Source of the DNA: a virus
Lineage: Duplodnaviria; Caudoviricetes
Direction: 5' to 3' (one strand)
DNA length: 64,000 nucleotides
IMG/VR virus record: IMGVR_UViG_3300010365_001248
Coordinates: 64,001 to 128,000 of that record
Shown: in pieces, positions 7,983-19,600 of the stretch
Position numbering within the stretch: position 1 is the stretch's first letter
Layout: every line of letters begins with the position of its first letter
Program-made: the position numbers and the translations under genes
The notes under the pieces: model-generated
What the model saw: only the letters and a program-made list of their open reading frames with translations
Told to the model about the DNA's origin: nothing
Database searches by the model: none

Positions 7983-8501
7983 ATGATAACTTTTGATAAT
8001 GTCATCACTAATTATAACTATGCTCTCGATACTCTTGATAAATATGATTATCAAAAGTTGATTGTAGAGCAAACTACAAATGAGGAACGTTTTCATGCGA
8101 CTTACGAAAATGCTATAGATGCCATAACTTGTATGAAAAACAAATTTGGCGGCAGTTCGCTGTTCGGTAATGAGAAAGATGATTCTTTCAAAAGTTCTAT
8201 CGGACAAATCTACCAGACATTTGGAGGTGTTGATCTCTATCCGTCTGTGGAAGAAAAAGCGGCTATGTTGCTATATCTTGTCACTAAAAACCATTCTTTC
8301 AGCGATGGAAACAAACGGATTGCTGCTGCGTTGTTTCTTTGGTTTATGAACAACAATGGTATTTTGTACGACGAGAATGGAGGCAAACGTATAGCGGACA
8401 ACACTTTGGTGGCTTTGACTTTAATGATTGCTGAGAGTCGTCCTGAAGAAAAAGATATTATAATAAAAGTAATTGTTAATTTAATAAATAAAAACAATTA
8501 A
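7983..8501 (+). CDS. Fic/Doc family protein (alternative start 7899)
   Basis: LYPSVEEKAAMLLYLVTKNHSFSDGNKRIAA contains the Doc-type Fic motif HxFxDGNKR. Confidence 0.85.
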   Translation: MITFDNVITNYNYALDTLDKYDYQKLIVEQTTNEERFHATYENAIDAITCMKNKFGGSSLFGNEKDDSFKSSIGQIYQTFGGVDLYPSVEEKAAMLLYLVTKNHSFSDGNKRIAAALFLWFMNNNGILYDENGGKRIADNTLVALTLMIAESRPEEKDIIIKVIVNLINKNN

Positions 8502-8849
8502 ATGAAAAAGAAAATTTATTTCTGCGTAGATTACGACACCTACGAAAGCTATAAATCTGACGCTTGGACTTCAATGTGTTATTTGTTTTCGATAGATTAT
8601 TGCAGCACTGACGAAATTATTAATACAGATCGTCTGGACTGTTGGGAAGGCTTGATAACAACTTCAATGGCACATTTATCGTTTGATTTGATAGATAAGT
8701 ATGATATCTATCTATGTTATAAAGATAAACGTGTGAAAATAGAAGAGCATATGGATTTAGGAAATAGCGATATGGATCTTCGCAGAGGGCATAGTATTTT
8801 CAAAATTTTTAGAAGCGGAATTTTTGATTATGTTTTAGGGCTGGAATAG
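8502..8849 (+). CDS. Hypothetical protein (ends at TAG; would end at 8861 under readthrough)
   Basis: 115-aa ORF abutting its neighbours. Confidence 0.65.
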   Translation: MKKKIYFCVDYDTYESYKSDAWTSMCYLFSIDYCSTDEIINTDRLDCWEGLITTSMAHLSFDLIDKYDIYLCYKDKRVKIEEHMDLGNSDMDLRRGHSIFKIFRSGIFDYVLGLE

Positions 8850-8851
8850 AG

Positions 8852-9331
8852 ATGGGGATAATAATAAAAACGCTAAAAAAGGAGTTCACTTTTGAATTTA
8901 TTACATTCAATGGTGAAAATATGTCAGAAGTATTATCATTTATTTCACTGAGGCGATTAAATAGTAGTGGAGATATTTTCGAGGATTTTATGAAACGCCC
9001 AGAAGATATTCCTAATTTAGACGAAGAAGAAATGAAAAAATGGTGGACATCTACTGGCACTATTACGAAAGAATTTAGATATAATCAAGAAAAGGAAATT
9101 AATTCACATAGTCTTAGCAATATGCCGCTATGGAGAAAAGATGAACTATTTAAAGTGGATATGAAATTAAATAAATCTGGTTATATGAGATTGGTATTTT
9201 TCAAAAAGGGAGATACTATTATATATTGTGATAAAATGGAACTAGATGATGAAGCTAATTTTACTATCTTAGAAGGATCTATGACTGAAGAGGAAATTAA
9301 AAAATATATAGAAGATCATTACGGTATATAA
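8852..9331 (+). CDS. Hypothetical protein
   Basis: 159-aa ORF. Confidence 0.65.
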   Translation: MGIIIKTLKKEFTFEFITFNGENMSEVLSFISLRRLNSSGDIFEDFMKRPEDIPNLDEEEMKKWWTSTGTITKEFRYNQEKEINSHSLSNMPLWRKDELFKVDMKLNKSGYMRLVFFKKGDTIIYCDKMELDDEANFTILEGSMTEEEIKKYIEDHYGI

Positions 9332-9386
9332 AAATCTTTTGAAGATTGTAAATCAGTAATTTGGCTAAAAGATTAATATTTTTAAT

Positions 9387-9638
9387 ATGACAGATAAAAC
9401 AAAGCACAGTTATTTTGAGTATGTTTATCATAGAGGTATAGAACCAATGTGGAAAGTTGGTGATAAACTTGCCTATTATGAATTTTGTACAAATTATGAA
9501 GGAGAACATAATTTAGGTACGATTATAAATATTGAATTAGATGAGGAGTGTGATGATTGGGTTTATACTTTTGATAATTTTAATCAAGAATTTGAAGAAG
9601 ATTTATTGAATTCTGCAACGTATATAGATAAAAAATAA
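9387..9638 (+). CDS. Small acidic hypothetical protein
   Basis: 83-aa ORF. Confidence 0.6.
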   Translation: MTDKTKHSYFEYVYHRGIEPMWKVGDKLAYYEFCTNYEGEHNLGTIINIELDEECDDWVYTFDNFNQEFEEDLLNSATYIDKK

Positions 9639-9645
9639 ACTTTTT

Positions 9646-9962
9646 ATGACTAAAAAGAAAAACGTAAATGGCTATACAAAATCCATTAAAAGGCTTTTGA
9701 GAAATATAGATGGTGGGATTATGGCTATATGCTTGATTTTGAAAAAGCTATATGGGCGGACTGGCTGGACAAATATTCTAAAAAAGAATTAACCCATGCA
9801 CTAGATGAATACTCAGATAGACGTGCTGCAATTGCTAAGTTGGCATTAAGGCTACTTGAAATATATGAATATGAAAATTCAGATTCTAAAATTTAGGTCA
9901 ATAATTTAAAAAATATAAAGAATCTGAAGAATTTGAAGAAGATGATGATTATTAATAAATAA
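9646..9962 (+). pseudogene. Possible degraded hypothetical gene
   Basis: Protein-like frame KAFEKYRWWDYGYMLDFEK... (9690-9896, TAG; TAA 9960-9962). It is preceded by an in-frame TAA at 9687 and an out-of-frame ATG at 9646. Confidence 0.3.
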
Positions 9963-10044
9963 CCCCTAGCACTTTTTAGTGTTAGGGGTTATTTTTTTCG
10001 TACACCCTATAACTTTTTAGTTATAGGGTTATTTTTTTCGTACA
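9957..10044. terminator. Tandem pair of intrinsic terminators at the convergence of early (+) and late (-) regions
   Basis: Hairpins aaataacccctagcact-tttt-agtgttaggggttattt (9957-9998) and ccctataact-tttt-agttataggg (10005-10028), each followed by ttatttttttcgtaca. Confidence 0.85.
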
Positions 10045-13000
10045 TTAATCTTCACTAGGAACATAAGAAGGTTTAACTAATGTTCTAGTTAATGCATTAG
10101 TATCAATTAAGAATTTTCCTACATCTTGTTGTCCAGTTAATACCTAATAAGCATCACGGGCTAAATCTGCAGTTTGTTTAATACTGAAAGCATTCCAATC
10201 AGATACAAAAGAAATTGCTGTACCAATAATATTAGCATCATCTGCTACAAAATTAGTAGTTCTAAAGGCTAAATTTAATAAAGCAGCTTGAGCTCGATTA
10301 GATAAATCTGGCTATTCTTTAGCTAATTTAGAAGTTTCTGTAAGATAATTTTTAACTATCATACCTAAAAGACCTAAAACTAATACTGTCATTAAATCAG
10401 CTAACCATAATCTAAAATTAAACATATAAGTATAATATAAATGTTCATTTAGAACACCATCAACAGTACAAAGTTCTTTTAAAGTTTTAGATGGATGAAA
10501 AAGTTTAGAATACCAAGGAACTCCCTCATATTTAATTATTTGAGCTAAAGTCAAGAAAATACCTTCTTGAATTAAACCTTTCATTCTCATTACTTTTACA
10601 TCACTAGCTTCAGCATCATCACTCCAAACAAATCTATTAGGATTTATTGTACCATCTTCATATTTAGCATAAACTAATGATATATTAGGATCACTATCTT
10701 TAGTTACGAAATCCCAATAAACTTCATTCTTTTTATTTCTATTACCAAAATATAGATTCTTTTTAGCGGACATATAAGTTCTCATTTGACCTATCAATCC
10801 TCCTAACCATTTACTCAAAAAGAATGATTTTTTACCATTATCATAATATCCATATAAAGTATCACCTAAGGATTTCATAGACTCAATTTCAGCATTAGAA
10901 AAAGCTCTAGGTATAGGTTTAGGTTCATTAACATTTAATTCAAATTTATTACCATCTTTATTTAATTCTTGAATTAAAGAAATATAACGTGATAAAGCTT
11001 TTTTATATTCAGGACTATCTTTAGAAACATTATCTTTAAATAAAATTTCAAAACGTTTATCCTTTTTCATATCATACTAGATAACATTATTTTCATCTAA
11101 AGAATAAGCGTCATAAGCTCCTTCATGAATTAATCGGGCAATAAAAATAGTCATTCTATTATAAAAGTCAGGTCGTGAAGTAGTATAAAAAGCAAATCTA
11201 GAAAAATTAAATATGGAATAATTTTTACTATATTTCATATTTTCTACATACTGATCAATATCCATATCATTTACTCCATATAAAATATTTAATTGATCAA
11301 CTAAACTACTTTCTATAGAAGTTTTTAATTGAGAAGCAGCTACAATTAATTCAGCACGTTTATACTCTTCTTCAGTAAATGGTGCCTCACTTAAACCAGA
11401 TACTATAGCTTTTAATTTTGCTCCTTTTACAATACCATCAGCTCTTTGTCCTAAATATTGAACTGGAGAAAAAGCTAATGTCATATAAGAAGCAGCTTTA
11501 GCTAATTTACCTGTAATTTTTTGTAATTTTTTCTAATTTTCAGTGCCTAAAGAGAGGTTATTAATATTTCTTTTAACCATTTCCTCAATGACATTTAATT
11601 CAGATTCAAAATTATTTTCAGCAGATTCACCAAAATTAACTGAGGCTTGTTGTAAACCTAAATAGGCAGCTTTAATAATTGGCATTATTTCAGTATAGGT
11701 AGAACTAGTAATTTTAGCTTGTTCATACTAACCTAAAATTTGTTCTATACTAGTTTCATAAAAAGCTGTATCTCCATATTTAGCCCTCAAAGTTTCAATT
11801 AATTCTACTCTTTCAACTTGATTCTCACTTTGACTAAATTGATTTACTGTTTTAAAAATACTTTCTGAATTTTTATGAATTAAATCAGCATTAGTAGTAG
11901 AAGAAAAGAATTTATTCCAATATTCATTAAAATTAGTAAAAGGTCTCATTTTACTCATAAATGTAGAAAACCATCCTTGCTCAGCTATTTGAGAAGACAT
12001 GTTTGGCTACATTAAAGGAACTTGTAGATATTGTTTAATTCCTAAAGATAATTTAGTTTTAATAGTTTCCTCAGATTCATTAAATCTAATTTTATTTAAT
12101 TTGATAAGAACTGCTTTTAAAAATTCTAATTGAGCTTCTTGAATATTAGCAGGAAAGTTCTATCTAGTTGAATCAAAAGGATTTACAAATAAAACATCAC
12201 TAAAATCACTAGTTACATAAGTTAGATCTTTAAATCTATCATCAGGATTTGAAAAGAAACCATATGATTTATTTAAATCTTGATCTAATTTCTAAACTAA
12301 ACGTCTATTTTCAAAAACAGAATTCATTAATTTAGATCGTAATGTTTGGGTAGTATTATTAATAATTTTACTAACTTCATTAGGAACATAACCTTTAAAT
12401 TGTCCAGGATTATCAGTTTGATTACCTGAAATACCTTCAGAAAATATATTTGTTAAACCCCCATCAAAATAATCTGAAGTACCTCTTAAAACCTATTTAT
12501 TTTTAAAACCGTATAAATCTTTTAAAGTTTGAGTAGTTTCAAAATATAATAAATATAATTTATCATTTGGTGTATAAGATAAAATACGTTTAAATTTTCT
12601 TTCATTACCTTGTTTATCAATAGTTAAAAGATGAGGGTATTTTTCTTCTAACATATGAACAAATTCTTGTAATTTATCAATAATTAATTGAGTATTTTCT
12701 CCACTCTATTTAAATCGTGTTAAATCATTAAAAGTATCAGAAAATTGACTAATAAGTTTTTTCTATTCATTAGATTTTAAATTTTCATATACACAAATTA
12801 AATTATCAAGTGCATCACTAATTTCAAGAGAACTTATAAATGGAAAATTAGTTAATAAATCATTCTAAATTTTATTATGAGATTTATATAAAGTATGTTT
12901 AAAAGAATATTCTATTTGATCCATTGGAGCTGAAAAATAAACACTACTACCTCCATGAGGACTAACTACTGCCATATTATTAATTTTAGCATCTTTAAAT

Positions 13001-15072
13001 CCAGCTTCATGTAATAGCATATACATTTCAATTAATTCCAAATTTCCACGTACTGCTTGTAGCATTAAAGAATCAGGATTAGTGTCCTCTTCAATATTTT
13101 TAGCAAATTGAAAATTACAATAGTTTCTATCAGAACTAGTTCCTTTTACATTCTAAAAAGGATTAATATTATCAATTTTTACTGTCTCAATAATTTTTTG
13201 AGGATTTCCTTTTTCATCTACAATTGTAGATTCAAAAACTAGAATATTATAAACTCTGAGGAGCTATTGAGCATTTTCAGAAAGTGAAACTTTCCAATTA
13301 CTATTACAGTATTTATTTAATTTAGCTATATTCTTTTCTCCAAAAATACCTAATTTAGGTTCTTCTAGAATACTCATATAAGATTTTTTCTCAATAGCAT
13401 TATGAATTTCACGTAATAATATCTAGCTTAATTCTTTAGCTGACTATATAATAGCTAATTTTTCACTTTTTACTTTAGCAATAAATTTAGATTTAGCGTT
13501 AGGAGTTGAGGCAGATATAGTTACACGAATTCCTCCAGCTTCATAATGAAAATTACCTGATTCATTTGGTTCAATTTCTTTAGTATGATTTTCAGTTAAT
13601 TCATTAATAATATCCGCATCTGCAATATGTTGATCATCTTGTAAAGATAAATTAAATAATAATTTCATTCTTTCCTCATGATCATTAATTAAATTAGGAT
13701 TTAATTCTTCAGCAGGTTGTTCATAAGGTATAATAATATTAATTTCTTTTAAGACAGTAGGGTTACTAGCATCAATTGTAATATCTCTAGTAATAGATCC
13801 TCCTTCTTCATTATATTTAAATTTAAATTTAGAATTATCTAGTCCGTAGATATTTTCTACTTCAATTGGAACAATAAGATCCTATATAGTTTTATTCTAT
13901 AATAAAGCCCTATTAGTTTGTAGCATTCTACCATAAAGTCCTTCCTGATAAATAAAAGTTAATCTTTTAGCAGAATCATATTTATTATAAGATTTATTAC
14001 CTACTTTAAAATCTACTATTTTTAAATCTCCCTATGGAGTAGTAATAAGTAAGTCAATACGTCCAGCTATAGTAGTAATTTTATCATTTTGAATAGTCAT
14101 TTCTACATCAGGACCTAAATCAGCACAAATAGGTACTTCTATATTATAATCTAACTAATTACCTGCTTTTTTATCTTCAGCAGTTAAATATTTATTTTCA
14201 AATTCTTCACGGAGTTTTTTAGCTTGTTCTATGAAAAATTTAATTTGATCATCATTTAATAAAGTAGAATCAATATAACCTTGAGAGGCAGGATTTCTAA
14301 AATATTCTAAAATAGATTTATTTATACTACCAGGATAAGTTTCCCATAATTCATATTGATATTGAAATTTAGAATGAGAAGACAATTTTCTAAAATAAGT
14401 AGCATAAATATTATGAATAGCAATACCTAATTTAGCCTAATATTCCCATCTCTATTTAATTCTTTCAATTATTCTAGCCTATAAAGAATTAGCAGGTAAT
14501 TTAGTTATATCTACATGACCAGTTTCATTATTAAACCATCTTTTATCTAAATCAATAGTTTTTAAATTTTTACCTAAATCTGAGGGATCTATCTATTCTC
14601 CATTTAATTCATGATAAACCATAGCTTCTTCTTCAGTAAAACCTTCATTTTCTTTAGATACACTACCATCTGCAAATAATCTTCTCAAAGTATTTTTTTC
14701 AGACCATGTATTTATACGTTGTGTCCAATAAGCATTTTCGTCAAAATAAGGAGAAATTACTTCCCCATTAAATTTTCTATATAAACCACAAAATTTAAGT
14801 GTACCAACAGCATAATTAGCTTCGTAAGTATCATAGATTTCACCATCTACACCTAAATTATTTTTACCTATATTAGAATCTTTTAATCTTTTTAAAGTAG
14901 AAGCTTTTTCACTAACCTATCTTAAAGCTTGATTAATAGTATTTTGAGCATCAGTTAAAGAAAAAACATAATCTCCTAACTCTTTATAATTAGGGAATTT
15001 AAATAATAAAAATTTATTTAAATCATTTACATCCCCTATAAGAGTATTATTAAAATAATATAAACAACTCAT
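10045..15072 (-). CDS. Large virion/ejected protein with PD-(D/E)XK nuclease domain (1675 aa, TAG=Gln)
   Basis: Six track fragments share one frame between ATG 15072 (MSCLYYF) and TAA 10045. Motifs GIAIH, IAGRIDLL...IVDFK (14005-14064) and YQEGLY. Confidence 0.8.
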
Positions 15073-15073
15073 A

Positions 15074-16645
15074 TTAACAAATTTCTTTTAATTGATTAGA
15101 TTTAAATAAATTTTCTTTTAAATTAGCAAATGCTCTCTAATTAGCTGAATTAATTAAAATATCTTCAGCATTAATAGGTTGTGAATTTAACATTTTAGCT
15201 AAAGTATTAAAAGAATAATTTAAAGGACTTAGCTATTTAAACGTTTCAGCACTTTCTGTACCATTAATAATAGTATCTAAAACATTATAAATACTAAATT
15301 GTAATTCATATAAATCTCTTTGTTTTAGTGATTGTATTGAAGAATTTCTTCCAGTTAAATAATTAGCTAATTCATGAACAAATACTTCTTCAAATACATC
15401 TTCCTAAGATCTATTTTCATAATTTTTAGCAATTTCTTGAAAAGATGGGTATTCAGAAACTTGCTTTATAAGGTCATAATATTTTTCAGGTTGAATAGTT
15501 CTATAATGACCTAGTAATATATGTAATAATTCATGAGTCTAAGAATCCTCTGTAGCTAAATCTGTATTTATATATATTTGTCCATTATAAATAAAAGCTT
15601 TAGCATTTTGAATATGAGGAATTCTAGATAATTCTTCGTCTGTCTAAATTAAATTAGAAGTTACTGAAACAATTTTAACTCCTAAAGTATCTCGAATTTT
15701 ATTTAATAAATCTAATATAATAGGAGGTTCTACTATTTCTTCAAAAGAATTTTGAATTTTAGATATATCTTCTTTTGATACTATAGAAGATTGTCCTATA
15801 TAAGGTTTTTGATAAATAGGAATAATATTATTTTGATATAAATTATCTCCTACTTTTTCTCCTTTAATTATATTAGTATTATTTAAATCAAAATAACATG
15901 CCCCTGAGGGTAATAATTGTTTAAATAATTGTATTAATTCATTTTGTTGAGAATTAGTAAATTCTCCTTTAAATTGATAACTATATAATCCTAAATCTTT
16001 AGTTTTAATTACTTCTAAATAATTTTCTGAATCTATAGCTATTTTTATATTTTTATTATTATTATTTAAGCCTTCTTTAACAAAAAAGCTATTTGTAGAA
16101 ATTTTATTAAATTTATTAACATTAATAAAATTAGATAAAGCAGAACATAAAGTAGTATAAACTTTATTAGGATTATTAAAAATAATTCCCTTTTTAATAT
16201 GATTTATATATTCTTCTTCATCAATACTAATTTCTCCATTATTAATATTTAAAAAAGATAAATTATTTAACCTATCTGTATTATTATTTAAATTTTCTGA
16301 AAATCTATTAACTCTTGGTTTAATTTTTATTAAAGAATCTTTACTATCAATAGGTATAATCTAAATAATTCTATCATTAAAATCTGTATTTAATTTTACT
16401 TGTGCTTCTTTTATATCAGTAGTATTAGTAAAACTCAATAAATCATAATTAGAAACCTAATTATCCTAAATATTTAAAATATTTTTTAAATAATTAGTGG
16501 AATTAGCTCCAGGTAATTCTCTTAATGTAGGTTTTCTTCCTATTGTTTTTACAAAGTAATCATAATAAAAATTAAGAACAGTCGGATTTAATCCCGACTG
16601 TTCTTTAATTTTATCATAATAAGCATCTATTCTACACGCTTTCAT
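15074..16645 (-). CDS. Zincin-like metallopeptidase domain protein (523 aa, TAG=Gln; absent from ORF track)
   Basis: MKACRIDAY... to QLKEIC*. AKAFIYNGQIYIN...THELLH (15521-15535)...EEVFV gives HExxH plus a downstream EE ligand. TAATG-coupled to the RNAP gene. Confidence 0.8.
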
Positions 16646-19600
16646 TATTCACATTTTCCAGTTAAAGTTGAATCATCTAGTTCTTTAGTTGTAATAAATT
16701 CATAAAGAATAACCTAGCCATCTGTTATTTCTGCTTTTATAAATTCATTTAAAACTTCTTTTACGGAATTTATATCTAAAGAAGGATTTATTTTATTAAT
16801 TAACGTTGCATAAGCTTCTATAGTTTTACCTGTTAATTTATTTTTAATTGTCTCACGTTTTTCAACTTTATCATTTTTTATTGTAATAATCAATTGTGAA
16901 GGATCATTATCATCAATTTTAATATAATTCTTTAATAATTTAATTTCAGGAACATATAAAATATTTAATGGCAAAGTATTTCCCAATCCATTAATAGATG
17001 TAGCTTCTTGAAATCCTGTAGGCATTTTATAAGTTGAAAACCAACTATCATCTTCTCCTGGCTCTACTCCATAAATTTCTTCTTGAGCTTCTATATTTTC
17101 AATATCATTAGATTGATTTATAGAATTACTTTTTTCAATTAAATGAATTGTATTAGTATTAGTATCTAATTGTCTAAAGATAGTTCCCTAAGAATCATTT
17201 ATAGATTTCTAAACTATAGGAATTAAAAAATATTTTAAATCTGTATCAAATAATTTAATATAATTTGCAATTAAAGTATTGCCTGACAGATTTAAATTTT
17301 TAGAATTAGGATCTATATTTTGTAAAGCACTTTTCTAAATTAAATTATTTTCTGATGCCTAATGTTTAATATAATCTTGAGCCAAACTGCCATCTTTAGT
17401 TAATTGATTAGTTACTAATCTTGATAAAGAAACTTTTGAAACTTGGTTACCAGAAGTTAATAAAGAATATAAATAAAAAATATCTGCTAAATTTAAAGAC
17501 TAAATATTTTCATTTTTACGCTAAATAAAATGATCATCAGTTACTTGATTTAAGTTTAAATAGTGCTTTATCACAGTATCATAAATGCGTCTATCTATTT
17601 CTGCTGTAGGATTTAAATCTATATCCAAAGAATAAGGTAAAATAGCTTGTCCTGATAAAGTATAACTATTAGATTTAACTAGTAATTTATCAATAAATTG
17701 ATTATTATATAGATTAGAAGTTTCTTTAACTGTATCAAGTTGCCAATCAGGAATTAAATTATGAACTAAAGCTATAAAATTTAATCTTCCATAATTAGTT
17801 TTTAAACTAATCTATTCTTCATTAACAAAATGTTTAGAATTTCCATTTTCATCAAATCCTTTAAAATTTTTAGGTATTCTAATAATAAAATTATTTTTTT
17901 CTAAATAAGAATTTATACTATAAGATTCTAATAGTGCTTGTTGTAATTTTAGCATATTATTTCTTATTTTTTTATCTTTTATTTTATATTGAATTATTAA
18001 AGGTCTTGTTACTTTATTATAAACTATATTCTATAAAAGTAATTGTGTAGCATTAGTTTGAGCTAATAAAGATTCCATATAAGCCTAATAATGAGGTAAT
18101 ACAGATACTGGTAATAGAATATTAAAAAATGTTTTAATTTTATTTAATAAATTTAAACAATTCAATTTATATTTAGGATCTTTGCAATAAGAATCTAAAT
18201 TTAATCTAGCACCACTATCAGGATTAGGTAATCCATTTTCATCAAAAGTTAAATAATTAAACTAAAAATCAATTTTATCTTTATTTTTAATATTTTGAAC
18301 CCAAGCAGTAATTTCTAATTTATCTAAAATTTCTGTAGAATAATTTAATTTAAACTAATTAATAAAAATTTCTTCAAAATTATTTATTTGAGTCTAAACA
18401 TCTTCAAATTGTGTTTTTAATTCTTTATTTATTAATAATCTACTTCCTCTAGAAAATTCATCAGCAATACGTGTAATTTGATTAAAAGCCTAAATTGGAT
18501 CATAAGCTCCTTTTAACATATCTATTACATTTGGAGTAGAATATTTAGTAATACAAGCACTAATTCTATCTAAATACATATCCCAAACCTAAGCTGTTAA
18601 AACTAAAGCTTTAGTTTTCTAAGTATTATAAAATTGCTATAAATCTGTATTATTCCCTTTCTTATTATTTACTATAAAAGAATTAGATTCTCCTTGAGAA
18701 ATTTCATTTATTAAATAATTTTCTCTATTAAAATTAATAATATGTTTTAAATCCCTATATAAAGCACGTCTTCTATCTTTATAAGGTATATCATATTGTT
18801 TAAGAGGATTATTTAAAAAACTATCAACTTCTGTAATTATATTTAAATCATCTATCTAATTAATATAAGAATTATACCAAATTTGCATTGAAGCAATTAA
18901 TTGCTATTTTTGTTTTTCATTAATAGATGAAAGAGAAATTTCATTTATTTCACAATAAGCATTAATTTGATTTTTTAAATCTAAATTAAATTGTTGTTTT
19001 TTATAATAATTTTCGTTTTTCTCATCATTTTGAAAATGTTCTTCAATTTTTTCTATAAATTTTTCAATAGGATGAGTATTAAAAATAGTGTCTTTAATAT
19101 TTTCTTCTCCTGTTAATTCTTTATATTTTTCTAATAATTTTTGACCTAAATATTGTTGAACAGCTTCATAAGGTTGAATTATCTTTCTACCTATAACTCT
19201 ATCTTCTTTAAATTGATTTTTAATATAAGTATCAATTAAATCAAACTACTAAACAGCTTGAACTGTAGTAGTTAATGCTTTTTTATGTGAAAAATAATCA
19301 TTCTTTCTTAGCTTAGTAATTTCTTGACCATAATTACTATTAATAATAGTTTCAAGGGTATCAAAAGAAAGACCTATAGATGCACCTGCTAAATATAAAT
19401 CAATTACTTCAGTACCTGCATTAATTTTACCTAAAATAAGTTCTTTAGCATTATCTGTTGCTAATGATAGCAGAGCTGAAATAACTAGTGCTGCATTAGG
19501 ATTATAACGTTGTTGTTCTACAAGTACTTTTAAAGTTTCATCTATATTATACTATTCTTCTGCAGTTATTTGTAAATATTTATAAGAATTATCTCCAAAT

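Noticed and set aside
3713-9509. Short - strand ORFs in the early region (3713, 4792, 5486, 6501, 7950, 8237, 8809, 9297) and + ORF 8146
   Set aside because: They are antisense or off-frame shadows of well-supported + strand genes.
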